In this document: positions 52,449 to 60,656 of the stretch, piece after piece
Layout: each line of letters begins with the position of its first letter
How positions within the stretch are numbered: position 1 is the first letter of the stretch
DNA from: an uncultured Oscillospiraceae bacterium
Lineage (GTDB): Bacteria > Bacillota > Clostridia > Christensenellales > CAG-138
Reading direction: 5' to 3'
Assembly: GCA_964490325.1 (NCBI GenBank)
Contig: CAZBBX010000009.1
Coordinates: 1,859-65,858 of the forward strand
DNA length: 64,000 nt
The notes under the pieces: generated by a model
Told to the model about the DNA's origin: nothing
Database searches by the model: none
Seen by the model: only the letters and a program-made list of their open reading frames with translations
Position numbers and translations under genes: made by a program

Positions 52449-53155
52449 AGCTCCACCCCCTTCATGAAGGCACAGCCGATCTCGCTGACGCGATAGTCCT
52501 TGGCGGAGCCGTAGTAGAGCGGTTCGTGATGCAGGTGCAGGATGTGGGAGGCGTCCTGCACGGCGCTGGACAGATCGTGGGAGACCATGATGACGGTCAG
52601 CCCCGATTCGCGGTTGAGCTTGCGCACGATGCGATACAGCTCTCCCGTCACCACGGGATCCAGTCCCGCGGCAGGCTCGTCCAGCACCAACAGCTTTTGC
52701 GTGGCGCACAGCGCCCTTGCCAGCAGCACGCGCTGCTGCTGTCCGCCCGACAGGTCGTGGTAGCAGTGATGGGCAAGCTCGTCCACGCCCAAGAGCGCAA
52801 GGTTGCGCAGGGCAAGCTCCTTTTCCCTTCGACCGTAAAAGGGGCGGGCGCCCAAGCGGTTCAGCGTGCCCGACAGCACCACCTCGTATACCGAGGCAGG
52901 AAAGTCGCGCATGGCCTGCGTCTGCTGGGGCAGATAGCCGATCTCGCGGCGGTGAAAGCGCTTGTCGAACTCGATGGTGCCGCTCACGGGCTTGATAAGC
53001 CCCAAGATGGCCTTGATGAGCGAGCTTTTGCCCGAACCGTTCTCGCCCACGATGCACAGATAATCCCCTTCTTCGACGGGGAAGCTGATGTCGGAGGCGA
53101 CGCGCACGCCCTCATAGGCCAGCGCAACGTCGGTGCAGCGCAGCAGAGTCGTCAT
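52445..53155 (-). CDS. metal ABC transporter ATP-binding protein
   Basis: [24 protein letters not shown] and LVLDEP motifs. Confidence 0.88.
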   Translation of the reverse strand: MTTLLRCTDVALAYEGVRVASDISFPVEEGDYLCIVGENGSGKSSLIKAILGLIKPVSGTIEFDKRFHRREIGYLPQQTQAMRDFPASVYEVVLSGTLNRLGARPFYGRREKELALRNLALLGVDELAHHCYHDLSGGQQQRVLLARALCATQKLLVLDEPAAGLDPVVTGELYRIVRKLNRESGLTVIMVSHDLSSAVQDASHILHLHHEPLYYGSAKDYRVSEIGCAFMKGVEL

Positions 53156-53156
53156 A

Positions 53157-54137
53157 TCAGTACAGCGCCTTTCGTAGGTTTTCGATGTTTGCCCGCATCA
53201 GGGACAGATAGCTTTCCCCCGCGTCCCATTCGGCGCGGGTCAGGTTGTGGCAGGAGTGCAGCAAAAGGATCTCGCAGCCTGTGGCGTCCTGAATGGACTT
53301 GGCGGCGCTGCCCTTGGAAAACTCAATGATAAAGACGGCGGGGATGTCCTCCTCCTCGATCTTGTTGACCAAAAAGGCGATGGTGGCAAGGCTCGGCTCC
53401 GTGTCGGAGGAGCAGCCGGGGAAGGCGGCGTAGTAGGTAAAGCCGTAATCCTCCGCCAGATAGCGGAAGGGGAAGCGCTCCGCAAAGATCAGAGTGTGCC
53501 GCAGGGCGTTGGCGCTAAGCGTACTGAGCGCCTCGTCCAAGCCGTCCAGATCCGACTGATAAGCGGCGTTGTTGGCGGTATAGACGCTTGCGTTGGCGGC
53601 GTCCAGCTCGCACAGCACATCCGTAATAGCCTGCACCATGCGCTTGGCGTTCTTGGGCGAGGTCCAAATATGCTCGTCATAGGCGGGGCAGGTCTCGGCC
53701 GCGGTCTCCTCCTCACCCTCCATGCCCGCAACGGTCTCCTCCGTCACCACGCTCACCGTGTCGATGAGCGCCAGACAGCGGGGGCCTTTGCCGTCAAGCG
53801 TGGCAAGCAGCTCGTCCACCCACGCGTCGGTCTCGCCGCCGATGTAGAGGAACAGATCGCAGCTTTCGATCAGGGACAGGTCGCCGAGGGTCGGCTCGTA
53901 GCCGTGCGCCTCGGTGTCGGGCGGCAAGAGCTGGGTCACGGTGACGGCGTCGCCGCCTACGACGCGCGCAAAATCATAGGGCGGAAAGATGGTCGCCACG
54001 ATGGACAGACCATCCTCTTTCGTTTCCTTGTCGTCGGGAGCGGTCGAAGCGCCGCCGCAGGCCACACAAGCGCACAGAAGCAGCATCGCAAGGCTGCAGA
54101 CGCCTATGCGTCTTATCAATTTCCATACATTCTTCAT
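53157..54137 (-). CDS. metal ABC transporter substrate-binding lipoprotein (ZnuA/TroA family)
   Basis: Lipobox LLLCACVACGG and a cluster-9 SBP body with an acidic (not His-rich) loop EGEEETAAE, so metal specificity remains open. Confidence 0.8.
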   Translation of the reverse strand: MKNVWKLIRRIGVCSLAMLLLCACVACGGASTAPDDKETKEDGLSIVATIFPPYDFARVVGGDAVTVTQLLPPDTEAHGYEPTLGDLSLIESCDLFLYIGGETDAWVDELLATLDGKGPRCLALIDTVSVVTEETVAGMEGEEETAAETCPAYDEHIWTSPKNAKRMVQAITDVLCELDAANASVYTANNAAYQSDLDGLDEALSTLSANALRHTLIFAERFPFRYLAEDYGFTYYAAFPGCSSDTEPSLATIAFLVNKIEEEDIPAVFIIEFSKGSAAKSIQDATGCEILLLHSCHNLTRAEWDAGESYLSLMRANIENLRKALY

Positions 54138-54192
54138 CTATTTTATCATAGCACAAGACTGTCAAAATGCAAGGGAAAAAAGTGCATCCCCG

Positions 54193-55143
54193 TCAGGGCG
54201 TCAGGGAAAGCGAAAGCTCGCTCACGCCCTCCGCCTGCTCCGCCATGGCCACCACGATCGCCTCCGCAAGGTAAGGCGTCACGGCAAGCGCCTGCTCAAG
54301 GGTGTTGGCGTTGTGTCCCACCTCAAGGAGCAGACTGTAGGGGGCAAGGTGCTGGTTATAGCGCCCCGCCTTCACACGCACGGGACGCGCAAGGCGGCTG
54401 TCCATCGCCTTGAGCTGACGGGTCAGGGAGGCGGCAAGATTGTAGTTTTGCGCATAGCGGGGCTTTTCCTCATAGTTGTCCCCGCGTCCCACCACGCACA
54501 TGACCCTTGCAAGCTCCTCACCGTTTAAGCTTACAAAGTCCGTGGTCGGCTCGTCGGTGACGGTGTAGGCGTCGCGGTGCAGGTCGATGACAAGGACAAG
54601 GGAGGGATAGGCGGCAAGCGCTTTGCGAAGGGTGATCTCCGAGCGGCTGTACGCCGTGGCGAGCTTCCCGCATTCATGGCGGGTCGTGTCGTGCAGCACC
54701 GATACGCCGTACACCTCGCGAAGGCATTTGGCAAGCGCTTCGCCCACGGCGATCACGCTGCGCGTTTCGTCCATCGTGCGCCATTGCCCGCTCTGGGTGT
54801 AGGGATAGGTCGCCGTCTGCGTGTAGGCCTCCGCGTCATGCGTGTGATAGATCAGCACGCAGGGGGCGTCCCCGCGCAGGGTGCAGTTCAAAGCGGGCAG
54901 GGTCTGATACAGCACCACAGGTGCCGCCGCCGTGACAAGGGGCGCAGGGGTCGCTGCAGCAGGGCTTTGCGAAGCGGCGGCGGGGGATGAGATACTCTCG
55001 GCAAAGGCAAAGGCTTGGACGAACGGCTCCGCCTCGCTCAGCTTGGGACAAAACAGGGAACAGGACAGCACAAGGAGCGTAAGCCACATCACGAGCAGCT
55101 TGCACCACGCCAGGGGCGTGGGAAAATTCTTTTGTTTTTGCAT
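54193..55143 (-). CDS. spoIIP: stage II sporulation protein P
   Basis: 316-aa ORF with an N-terminal TM helix and SpoIIP blocks (VLIYHTHDAEAY, IDLHRD, GRYNQHL). Confidence 0.85.
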   Translation of the reverse strand: MQKQKNFPTPLAWCKLLVMWLTLLVLSCSLFCPKLSEAEPFVQAFAFAESISSPAAASQSPAAATPAPLVTAAAPVVLYQTLPALNCTLRGDAPCVLIYHTHDAEAYTQTATYPYTQSGQWRTMDETRSVIAVGEALAKCLREVYGVSVLHDTTRHECGKLATAYSRSEITLRKALAAYPSLVLVIDLHRDAYTVTDEPTTDFVSLNGEELARVMCVVGRGDNYEEKPRYAQNYNLAASLTRQLKAMDSRLARPVRVKAGRYNQHLAPYSLLLEVGHNANTLEQALAVTPYLAEAIVVAMAEQAEGVSELSLSLTP

Positions 55144-55159
55144 GGTACACCTCCCTTTC

Positions 55160-55187
55160 AGACTATGCGGCGGGGGCGCAGGTATGC
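55160..55187 (-). promoter_or_regulatory. candidate sigmaE-type promoter of spoIIP (GCATACC-13-CATAGTCT)
   Basis: On the minus strand, the -35-like GCATACC (55181-87) and -10-like CATAGTCT (55160-67) match the Bacillus sigmaE pattern xxATAxx-14-CATACAxT as I recall it. It is nearly identical in layout to the spoIVA upstream region. Confidence 0.45.
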
Positions 55188-55233
55188 ACGAGCCTGTCCC
55201 GTGTCGGCGGCAAACAAAAAGGGAGGAGCCTCC

Positions 55234-55263
55234 AAAAATAAAAACAGGCGGGACGCCCCGCCT
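55234..55263 (-). terminator. rho-independent terminator after gpr
   Basis: On the minus strand: AGGCGGG-gcgt-CCCGCCT followed by GTTTTTATTTTT. Confidence 0.75.
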
Positions 55264-55278
55264 AAAAAACTGCGTTCT

Positions 55279-56163
55279 TTAGCTCAAAAGCTGCTCCAGT
55301 GCACGGTAATTGCGGCCGTGCAGCGCCAAGTTGACGGCCTCCGATAAGACCTTGGCAAGGTCGGACACCAGCGCGTCCACATCCTTTGGCGTCACGATGA
55401 GCGCCTTGACGTCCTCGGGCAGGGCGGCAAGGGTGCGGGTGGGATCGGTGCGCCTGCCCGTTCTGCTGAGGGCGTTTGCCACGATGGTCTCGCCCGAGAC
55501 CACCAGCGGCACGCCCATGGCAAGCACGGGAACGCCCACCGTGCGCAGGGACAGGGCGGTCTGGAAGTTGCCGATGCCTGCGCCGGGGCTGATACCGCTG
55601 TCGTTGAGCTGGATGACGCGGCCGATGTGGCGGCTGTCCACGGAGGCGAGCGAGTCGATAAACAGCACGAAGGCGGGCTTGACCGTACCAATCAGCCCGC
55701 TGACGACCTCGACGGTCTCCATGCCCGTCACGCCCAGCACATTGGGCGCAAAGGAGGATACCGCCCTTGTGCCCTCGGGCAGCAGCTCCTTTTTGCGCTT
55801 CAAAATGTGGCGCGTGGCAAAGACATGCTCCGCCGTGCGCGGCCCCAAGGCATCGGGCGTGACGTAACGGTTGCCAAGCCCCACCACCAAGCCGTCCTCA
55901 TCGGAGCGGCTGCACAGCAGGCGATGCAGCTCCCCTGCGGCGCAGCGCGCCAGATGCGTGCGAAACGCGGCGTCGCTGACGGCGTTTTCGGGCACGGTCA
56001 GGGTGATGTAGCGGCCGATGGGCTTGTCGAGTGCGCGGGAGGCCTGCTCCGTCTCCACGGTGATGCGGGAGATCTCAATGCTGCCAAAGAGCGCGACCTC
56101 CTCGCGTATGCCCGCAAGATCCGATCGTCCGCCAAAGGCTTCCATGGCAAGATCAGTACGCAT
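55279..56163 (-). CDS. gpr: GPR endopeptidase (spore germination protease)
   Basis: MRTDLAMEA... N-terminus and GPR family body. Adjacent to spoIIP, as in Bacillus. Confidence 0.85.
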   Translation of the reverse strand: MRTDLAMEAFGGRSDLAGIREEVALFGSIEISRITVETEQASRALDKPIGRYITLTVPENAVSDAAFRTHLARCAAGELHRLLCSRSDEDGLVVGLGNRYVTPDALGPRTAEHVFATRHILKRKKELLPEGTRAVSSFAPNVLGVTGMETVEVVSGLIGTVKPAFVLFIDSLASVDSRHIGRVIQLNDSGISPGAGIGNFQTALSLRTVGVPVLAMGVPLVVSGETIVANALSRTGRRTDPTRTLAALPEDVKALIVTPKDVDALVSDLAKVLSEAVNLALHGRNYRALEQLLS

Positions 56164-56209
56164 GGCGGTATCCTTTCCTACAATAGATACCGCTTAGTAT
56201 GCGCCAGCG

Positions 56210-57688
56210 TCAGAGGAGTATGCAGATCAGGCCGTTGCAGCCGTTGTTGACGATGCGCTGCAGGGTGTACTGCATCCGCTCCTGCACCTGCTCGCTCATG
56301 CCCACGACCTTGCCCTGCATACTTTCCACCACCAGATCATAGAGGGACTTGCCAAACAGGTTGGTCTGCCAGATGGCCTTGGGATCGTCGGCAAAGGTGT
56401 CCGTCAGGTACTGCACCAGCGCTTCGGATTGCTGCTCGGTGCCCACGATGGGGTTGACCTCGCTGTCGATGTCCACGCGGATGAGGTGCAGGCCGCTTGC
56501 CCTTGCGTGCAGGCGAACGCCAAAGCGGCTGCCCTGCCTTGTGATCTCGGGATCGAGCAGCTCCATCTCCTCCAAGGCGGGGGAGACGATGCCGTAGCCC
56601 GTCTGCCGCGCCTTGTCCAAGGCGCCTGCGATGCGGTCGTACTCCCGTTTGGCGGCCACAAAGTCCTTGAGCGCCGACATCAGCTCACAGTCGTTGTCGA
56701 TGGCGAGACCCGTCGCATCGCTGAGCACCTCGTAAAAGACGCCCTCCTCAGGCTGCAGCGTGAGGATCAGGCTGCCGTCGGCGGGGGACAGCGTGGTCAG
56801 CACAGGTGCGGTAAAGCGCGGCAGTCCCGTCAAGGCCTCCTGCAGCAAGGGCCAGTCGCGAAGCTCCTTGAGCTTGCCCATCACGCCTTGGATCGCCTCG
56901 ATCAGCTTGCCCATCAGGGGGTTGGAGGCGTCCAGCGCCCGCATGAAGCCGGGTAGGCGCAGCTCGATCAGGCGGAAGGGGAAGGCAAACAGAAGCTCCG
57001 TCACCAGCTCCGTCAAGGCGCGCTCATCCATGTTCAGCACGTTTAGGGGCAGCGCATCGATGGAAAAGCGGGTCTTGATCTCGCTTACGACCGCCTTGGC
57101 CTTGTCGCCGTCGGGCTGCGTGGAGTTAACGACCACGATGAAGGGCTTGCCTGTTTGGCGCACCTCCTCGATGGCTCTTGCCTCCGCGTCACGATACGCC
57201 TCGCGGGGGATCTCGGTGATGCTTCCGTCGGTGGTCATCACCACGCCTATGGTCGCGTGCTCACCGATGACCTTCTGCGTGCCGATGGCGGCGGCCTCCT
57301 CGAAGGGGATGTCCTGCGGAAACCACGGGGTGGTCACCATGCGCGCCTGCTCGTTCTCCAAGTGGCCAATGGCGTCGGGAATGAGATAGCCCACGCAGTC
57401 CACCAGCCTCAGCTTTGCGGATACGTTTTCGCCAAGATCGACGCGCACCGCCTCGTTGGGGACAAAATGGGGCTGCGTGGTCATGATGCTTCGACCCGTA
57501 CCGCTTTGCGGCAGCTCGTCTGTGACGCGGCGGCGCTCGCTCTCCTCCGCGATGTTGGGCAGCATCATCAGCTCCGAAAAGCGTTTGACAAAGGTGGACT
57601 TGCCCGTGCGGACGGGTCCCACCACGCCGATATAGATATCGCCGCCCGTACGGGTCGCGATGTCGCGGTACAGCTGTGCCTTATCCAT
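56210..57688 (-). CDS. spoIVA: stage IV sporulation protein A
   Basis: 492 aa from ATG 57688 (GGAGG upstream): MDKAQLYRDIATRTGGDIYIGVVGPVRTGKSTFVKRF... The track ORF is over-extended to 57997. Confidence 0.92.
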   Translation of the reverse strand: MDKAQLYRDIATRTGGDIYIGVVGPVRTGKSTFVKRFSELMMLPNIAEESERRRVTDELPQSGTGRSIMTTQPHFVPNEAVRVDLGENVSAKLRLVDCVGYLIPDAIGHLENEQARMVTTPWFPQDIPFEEAAAIGTQKVIGEHATIGVVMTTDGSITEIPREAYRDAEARAIEEVRQTGKPFIVVVNSTQPDGDKAKAVVSEIKTRFSIDALPLNVLNMDERALTELVTELLFAFPFRLIELRLPGFMRALDASNPLMGKLIEAIQGVMGKLKELRDWPLLQEALTGLPRFTAPVLTTLSPADGSLILTLQPEEGVFYEVLSDATGLAIDNDCELMSALKDFVAAKREYDRIAGALDKARQTGYGIVSPALEEMELLDPEITRQGSRFGVRLHARASGLHLIRVDIDSEVNPIVGTEQQSEALVQYLTDTFADDPKAIWQTNLFGKSLYDLVVESMQGKVVGMSEQVQERMQYTLQRIVNNGCNGLICILL

Positions 57689-57719
57689 ACATACCTCCGA
57701 ATAGCTTACTCCTCGCATA

Positions 57720-57748
57720 AACGTATGACGAAAAGGGCGCGGGTATGC
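57720..57748 (-). promoter_or_regulatory. candidate sigmaE-type promoter of spoIVA (GCATACC-14-CATACGTT)
   Basis: On the minus strand: GCATACC (57742-48), 14-nt spacer, CATACGTT (57720-27), about 30 nt upstream of the ATG. Confidence 0.5.
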
Positions 57749-57753
57749 GCACA

Positions 57754-57784
57754 CAAAAAAAGGAGACCCTGCGAAGGGGTCTCC
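57754..57784 (-). terminator. rho-independent terminator after degV
   Basis: On the minus strand: GGAGACCCC-ttcgc-AGGGTCTCC followed by TTTTTTTT. Confidence 0.8.
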
Positions 57785-57800
57785 GTGAGAAGGGCTTTGC

Positions 57801-58661
57801 TTACTTGTGGATGAACAGCACGCCGATGGTGCCGGGGCCGCAGTGGGAGCTGATGGTGCAGCTTGCACGGGTGACGAACAGCTCCTTAAAGGGCTGCAGC
57901 GCCAGCACCTGCGCCTTGGCGTCGGCAAGGATGGACTCGTCGATGCCCGAATGTGTGATAAACACGCGGTCGTATACAAGATCGTCCCGTCCCGCAAGCT
58001 GCTGCTCGATGTACTTGGTCACGCATTTGCCAAGCTTGCCCACATACTTTTTGCCCACGGTCATGGAGCCGCCGCGGTCATTGACCACAAAGATGCTCGG
58101 ATGCAGCCCCAGTATACCTGCGCTCAGCTGCGCCATGCTGGAGCAGCGTCCGCCTGCGTGGAGAAAGTCCAGCTTGTCGATGACGAAGCTGGCGCTGGTC
58201 TTGTCGGCAAGGGCGCTGACCTCCTCACAGATCTTGGACGCCTCCATGCCGCTTGCAATGCGCTCACCCGCCTCGCAGACCAGCAGGCCGGAACCCGTGG
58301 ACAGGCTCTTGGAGTCGATGACATACACCTCGCCGCCCAGCTGCTCGGCAGCGATGCGGGCATTTTGGTGGCAGCTGGACAGACCGCTGCCAAGCGAAAT
58401 GTGGATGACGGCCTCGCCTGCGTCCACATGGGGCTGAAACAGGCGCAGGTATTCTTCGGGATTCACCGCCGCCGTGCGGGGCAGGGTGTGGGTCTTGTAC
58501 CAATTTTCGTAGACGTCATCGGGAAAGATGCTCACGCCGTCGATGCCCACGGTGTCGCCCATATACACGCTCAGGGGAGTGAAGGCAACATGATAGCGTT
58601 CCGCCAGTTCCGGCCCGATGTCTACAGAGCTGTCGGCGGATAAAAAGATCTTTTTAGCCAT
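57801..58661 (-). CDS. DegV family fatty-acid-binding protein
   Basis: 286-aa ORF MAKKIFLSADSSVDIGPEL... with DegV family blocks. Confidence 0.88.
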   Translation of the reverse strand: MAKKIFLSADSSVDIGPELAERYHVAFTPLSVYMGDTVGIDGVSIFPDDVYENWYKTHTLPRTAAVNPEEYLRLFQPHVDAGEAVIHISLGSGLSSCHQNARIAAEQLGGEVYVIDSKSLSTGSGLLVCEAGERIASGMEASKICEEVSALADKTSASFVIDKLDFLHAGGRCSSMAQLSAGILGLHPSIFVVNDRGGSMTVGKKYVGKLGKCVTKYIEQQLAGRDDLVYDRVFITHSGIDESILADAKAQVLALQPFKELFVTRASCTISSHCGPGTIGVLFIHK

Positions 58662-58687
58662 AACAGCCTCCTTGCTTGTTTTTTTCT

Positions 58688-58716
58688 ATTTTATCAAACC
58701 ATTTACAATTCGTCAA
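58688..58716 (-). promoter_or_regulatory. promoter of degV (TTGACG-17-TAAAAT)
   Basis: On the minus strand: TTGACG (58711-16), 17-nt spacer, TAAAAT (58688-93). Confidence 0.5.
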
Positions 58717-58957
58717 TGCGTTGCCTTTTACAAAGGAAGCGGATCTCTTCGGGGCAGTTCCCGTCTTCAAATGCTGCCCGCAGGGCAGAAAGCTGCAGGA
58801 AGGAAAGTTTTTTCATAAAAAAGACGAAAAACTAAAAAAGCGCCACCGTTCTTTCACAATGCGCACATACTCCTGCCATCTTGCTTTTCTATACTGGCAA
58901 CAGTGAAAGGGGAGACCCGATCACAAAATCCTCCTCCTTATGTATGATACTTCCCCC

Positions 58958-58994
58958 GTCAAAAGCTCCGCATCCCCCCCGCGGAGCTTTTGAC
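58958..58994. repeat. solo GTCAAAAG...CTTTTGAC hairpin (H1-like module)
   Basis: Perfect 14-bp inverted repeat GTCAAAAGCTCCGC-atccccccc-GCGGAGCTTTTGAC. It has the same GTCAAAA/TTTTGAC ends as the H1 modules of the repeat family. Confidence 0.7.
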
Positions 58995-59002
58995 ATGTTT
59001 TG

Positions 59003-59018
59003 GCTCTTCGCGAAGAGC
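59003..59018. promoter_or_regulatory. perfect 16-bp palindrome GCTCTTCGCGAAGAGC (possible operator)
   Basis: Read directly. It lies 43 nt upstream of the -35 of the lysine-operon promoter. Confidence 0.3.
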
Positions 59019-59060
59019 ACGTCTGTTTTCCAATGGGATGCGTATATTTTCCGCGCTATC

Positions 59061-59089
59061 TTGACGGGATCGGCAGAGCCTGCTAAAAT
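59061..59089 (+). promoter_or_regulatory. promoter of the lysine-fermentation operon (TTGACG-17-TAAAAT)
   Basis: Hexamers at 59061-66 and 59084-89. Confidence 0.55.
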
Positions 59090-59109
59090 ATATTTGATAC
59101 AATTTCATA

Positions 59110-59282
59110 GAGTATAGAGGCGCGGAATGCAGAACAGCCGCGGGTCATGGTCGCCGATCGGCCGCCCGCTGCAAGGGGCGTTTCGCCGAAAGCGCGGCAA
59201 GGATCGGAAAAAAACGCGCTTGGGAACAGATCGAGCGGGTCTGTAACTGTCGTCCGCCGTGTACGGGATGATGCGCTATCGA
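59110..59282 (+). promoter_or_regulatory. lysine riboswitch (L-box) aptamer
   Basis: Conserved L-box blocks in order: AGAGGCGCG (59116-), AAGGGGCGUUUCGCCGAAAG (59172-), UGGGAAC, CUGUAACUGUCG. These parallel the B. subtilis lysC leader blocks AGAGGUGCG / GGGGAGCGUCGCCGAAG / CUGUCA as recalled from memory. Confidence 0.65.
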
Positions 59283-59315
59283 ACCAATTTTTGGGATCGA
59301 TGGCGCTTTTTGGAC

Positions 59316-59357
59316 GGAGCGCTATCAAGTTTGTCTTGGCTGCGCTTCGTTTTTTTG
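59316..59357 (+). terminator. candidate riboswitch-controlled terminator
   Basis: GGAGCGC (59316-22) pairs with GCGCTTC (59342-48) and is followed by GTTTTTTT. The left arm can alternatively pair with 59299-59307. Confidence 0.45.
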
Positions 59358-59392
59358 TATCAGCAATAAAAAAATCAGGAGGAAAAAGGGAA

Positions 59393-59782
59393 ATGGAAGA
59401 AAAGAAGGTCATGATCCGCCTGCGCATGAGCGCGCATGACGCGCATTACGGCGGCAATTTGGTGGACGGCGCAAGGATGCTGCAGCTGTTCGGCGATGTT
59501 GCAACGGAGCTTTTGATCCGCCGCGACGGGGACGAGGGGCTGTTCCGCGCCTATGACGAGATCGAGTTTTTGGCCCCCGTCTTCGCAGGGGATTACATCG
59601 AAGCGACGGGTGAGATCGTCTCCGAGGGACGAAGCTCCCGCCGTATGCGCTTTGAAGCGTACAAGGTCATCGCGCCGCGTCCCGAGCTGAGCGATTCCGC
59701 CTGCGACGTGCTGGATACCCCCGTGCTGGTCTGCCGTGCAAGCGGCACCTGCGTCACCCCCGTTGATAAGCAAAGAAAGTGA
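59393..59782 (+). CDS. kal: 3-aminobutyryl-CoA ammonia-lyase (hotdog fold)
   Basis: 129 aa from ATG 59393 (AGGAGGAAAAAGGGAA upstream). Small hotdog-type protein at the head of the lysine fermentation cluster. The track ORF is over-extended to 59147. Confidence 0.7.
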   Translation: MEEKKVMIRLRMSAHDAHYGGNLVDGARMLQLFGDVATELLIRRDGDEGLFRAYDEIEFLAPVFAGDYIEATGEIVSEGRSSRRMRFEAYKVIAPRPELSDSACDVLDTPVLVCRASGTCVTPVDKQRK

Positions 59783-59791
59783 GATAGTACC

Positions 59792-60631
59792 ATGGAAAAG
59801 CTGATCGTAACCTGCTGCGTCTCCGGCGCAGAAGTCACCAAGGAGCACAATCCCGCCGTCCCCTACACCGTGGCGGAGTACGTTCGCGAGGCCAAGGGCG
59901 CCTATGACGCCGGCGCCTCTTTGATCCATCTGCATGTCCGCGAGGACGACGGCACGCCCACCCAGAGCAAGGAGCGCTTCCAAGTCATCATGGACGCCAT
60001 CCGCAAGGCCTGCCCCGATATCATCTTGGAGCCTTCCACAGGCGGCGCGGTCGGCATGAGCGCCGAGGAGCGCCTGCAGCCCCTGCTGCTGCGTCCCGAA
60101 ATGGCGACACTGGACTGCGGCACCACCAACTTTGGCGACGACATCTTTGTCAACACCGAAAAGGACATCATCGCCTTTGCGGAGCGTATGAATGAGCTGG
60201 ACGTCTATCCCGAGATCGGCGTGTTCGACAAGGGCATGGTGGACACCGCGCTGCGTCTTAACAAGAAGGGCATCATAAAAGGGCCTCTGTACTTCGACTT
60301 TGCGCTTGGACTGCGCGGCGGCATGACGGGCGAGGCCCGCGACCTGTGCTTCATGCGCGATTCCATCCCGCACGATGCGCTGTGGACGGTCTGCGCCATG
60401 GGACGCTATGAGTACCCCGTTGCGGTACAGGCCATCACCATGGGCGGTCACGTTCGTGTCGGCTTCGAGGACAACATCTACGTTTCCAAGGGCGTGCTTG
60501 CCAAGAGCAACGGCGAGCTGGTCGAAAAGATCGTTCGCTTCGCCAAGGAGTTCGGCCGCCCCGTTGCGACCCCCGCCGAGGCGCGTGCCATCTTAGGCAT
60601 TGCAGGCCGTCCCAACGACCCCACCCGTTAA
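59792..60631 (+). CDS. kce: 3-keto-5-aminohexanoate cleavage enzyme (BKACE/DUF849 family)
   Basis: 279-aa ORF MEKLIVTCCVSGAEVTKEHNPAVPYT...LIHLHVRED. Confidence 0.85.
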   Translation: MEKLIVTCCVSGAEVTKEHNPAVPYTVAEYVREAKGAYDAGASLIHLHVREDDGTPTQSKERFQVIMDAIRKACPDIILEPSTGGAVGMSAEERLQPLLLRPEMATLDCGTTNFGDDIFVNTEKDIIAFAERMNELDVYPEIGVFDKGMVDTALRLNKKGIIKGPLYFDFALGLRGGMTGEARDLCFMRDSIPHDALWTVCAMGRYEYPVAVQAITMGGHVRVGFEDNIYVSKGVLAKSNGELVEKIVRFAKEFGRPVATPAEARAILGIAGRPNDPTR

Positions 60632-60656
60632 GTTCAGCTGAGAAGGAGATAGATTT

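Noticed and set aside
56210-57997. Over-long track ORFs: spoIVA to 57997, aminopeptidase to 30692, metal permease to 53057, AraC to 5231, potD from 40600, aroE/K from 13463, kal from 59147
   Set aside because: The N-terminal extensions lack family similarity, often run through upstream genes or terminators, and internal starts with good Shine-Dalgarno sequences reproduce canonical protein N-termini. The shorter coordinates are reported instead.
58676-58906. 76-aa ORF and other small ORFs in the AT-richer degV/lysine-operon spacer
   Set aside because: No RBS and a composition typical of a random AT-rich frame. The region is better explained by the degV promoter (58688-58716) and regulatory hairpins.
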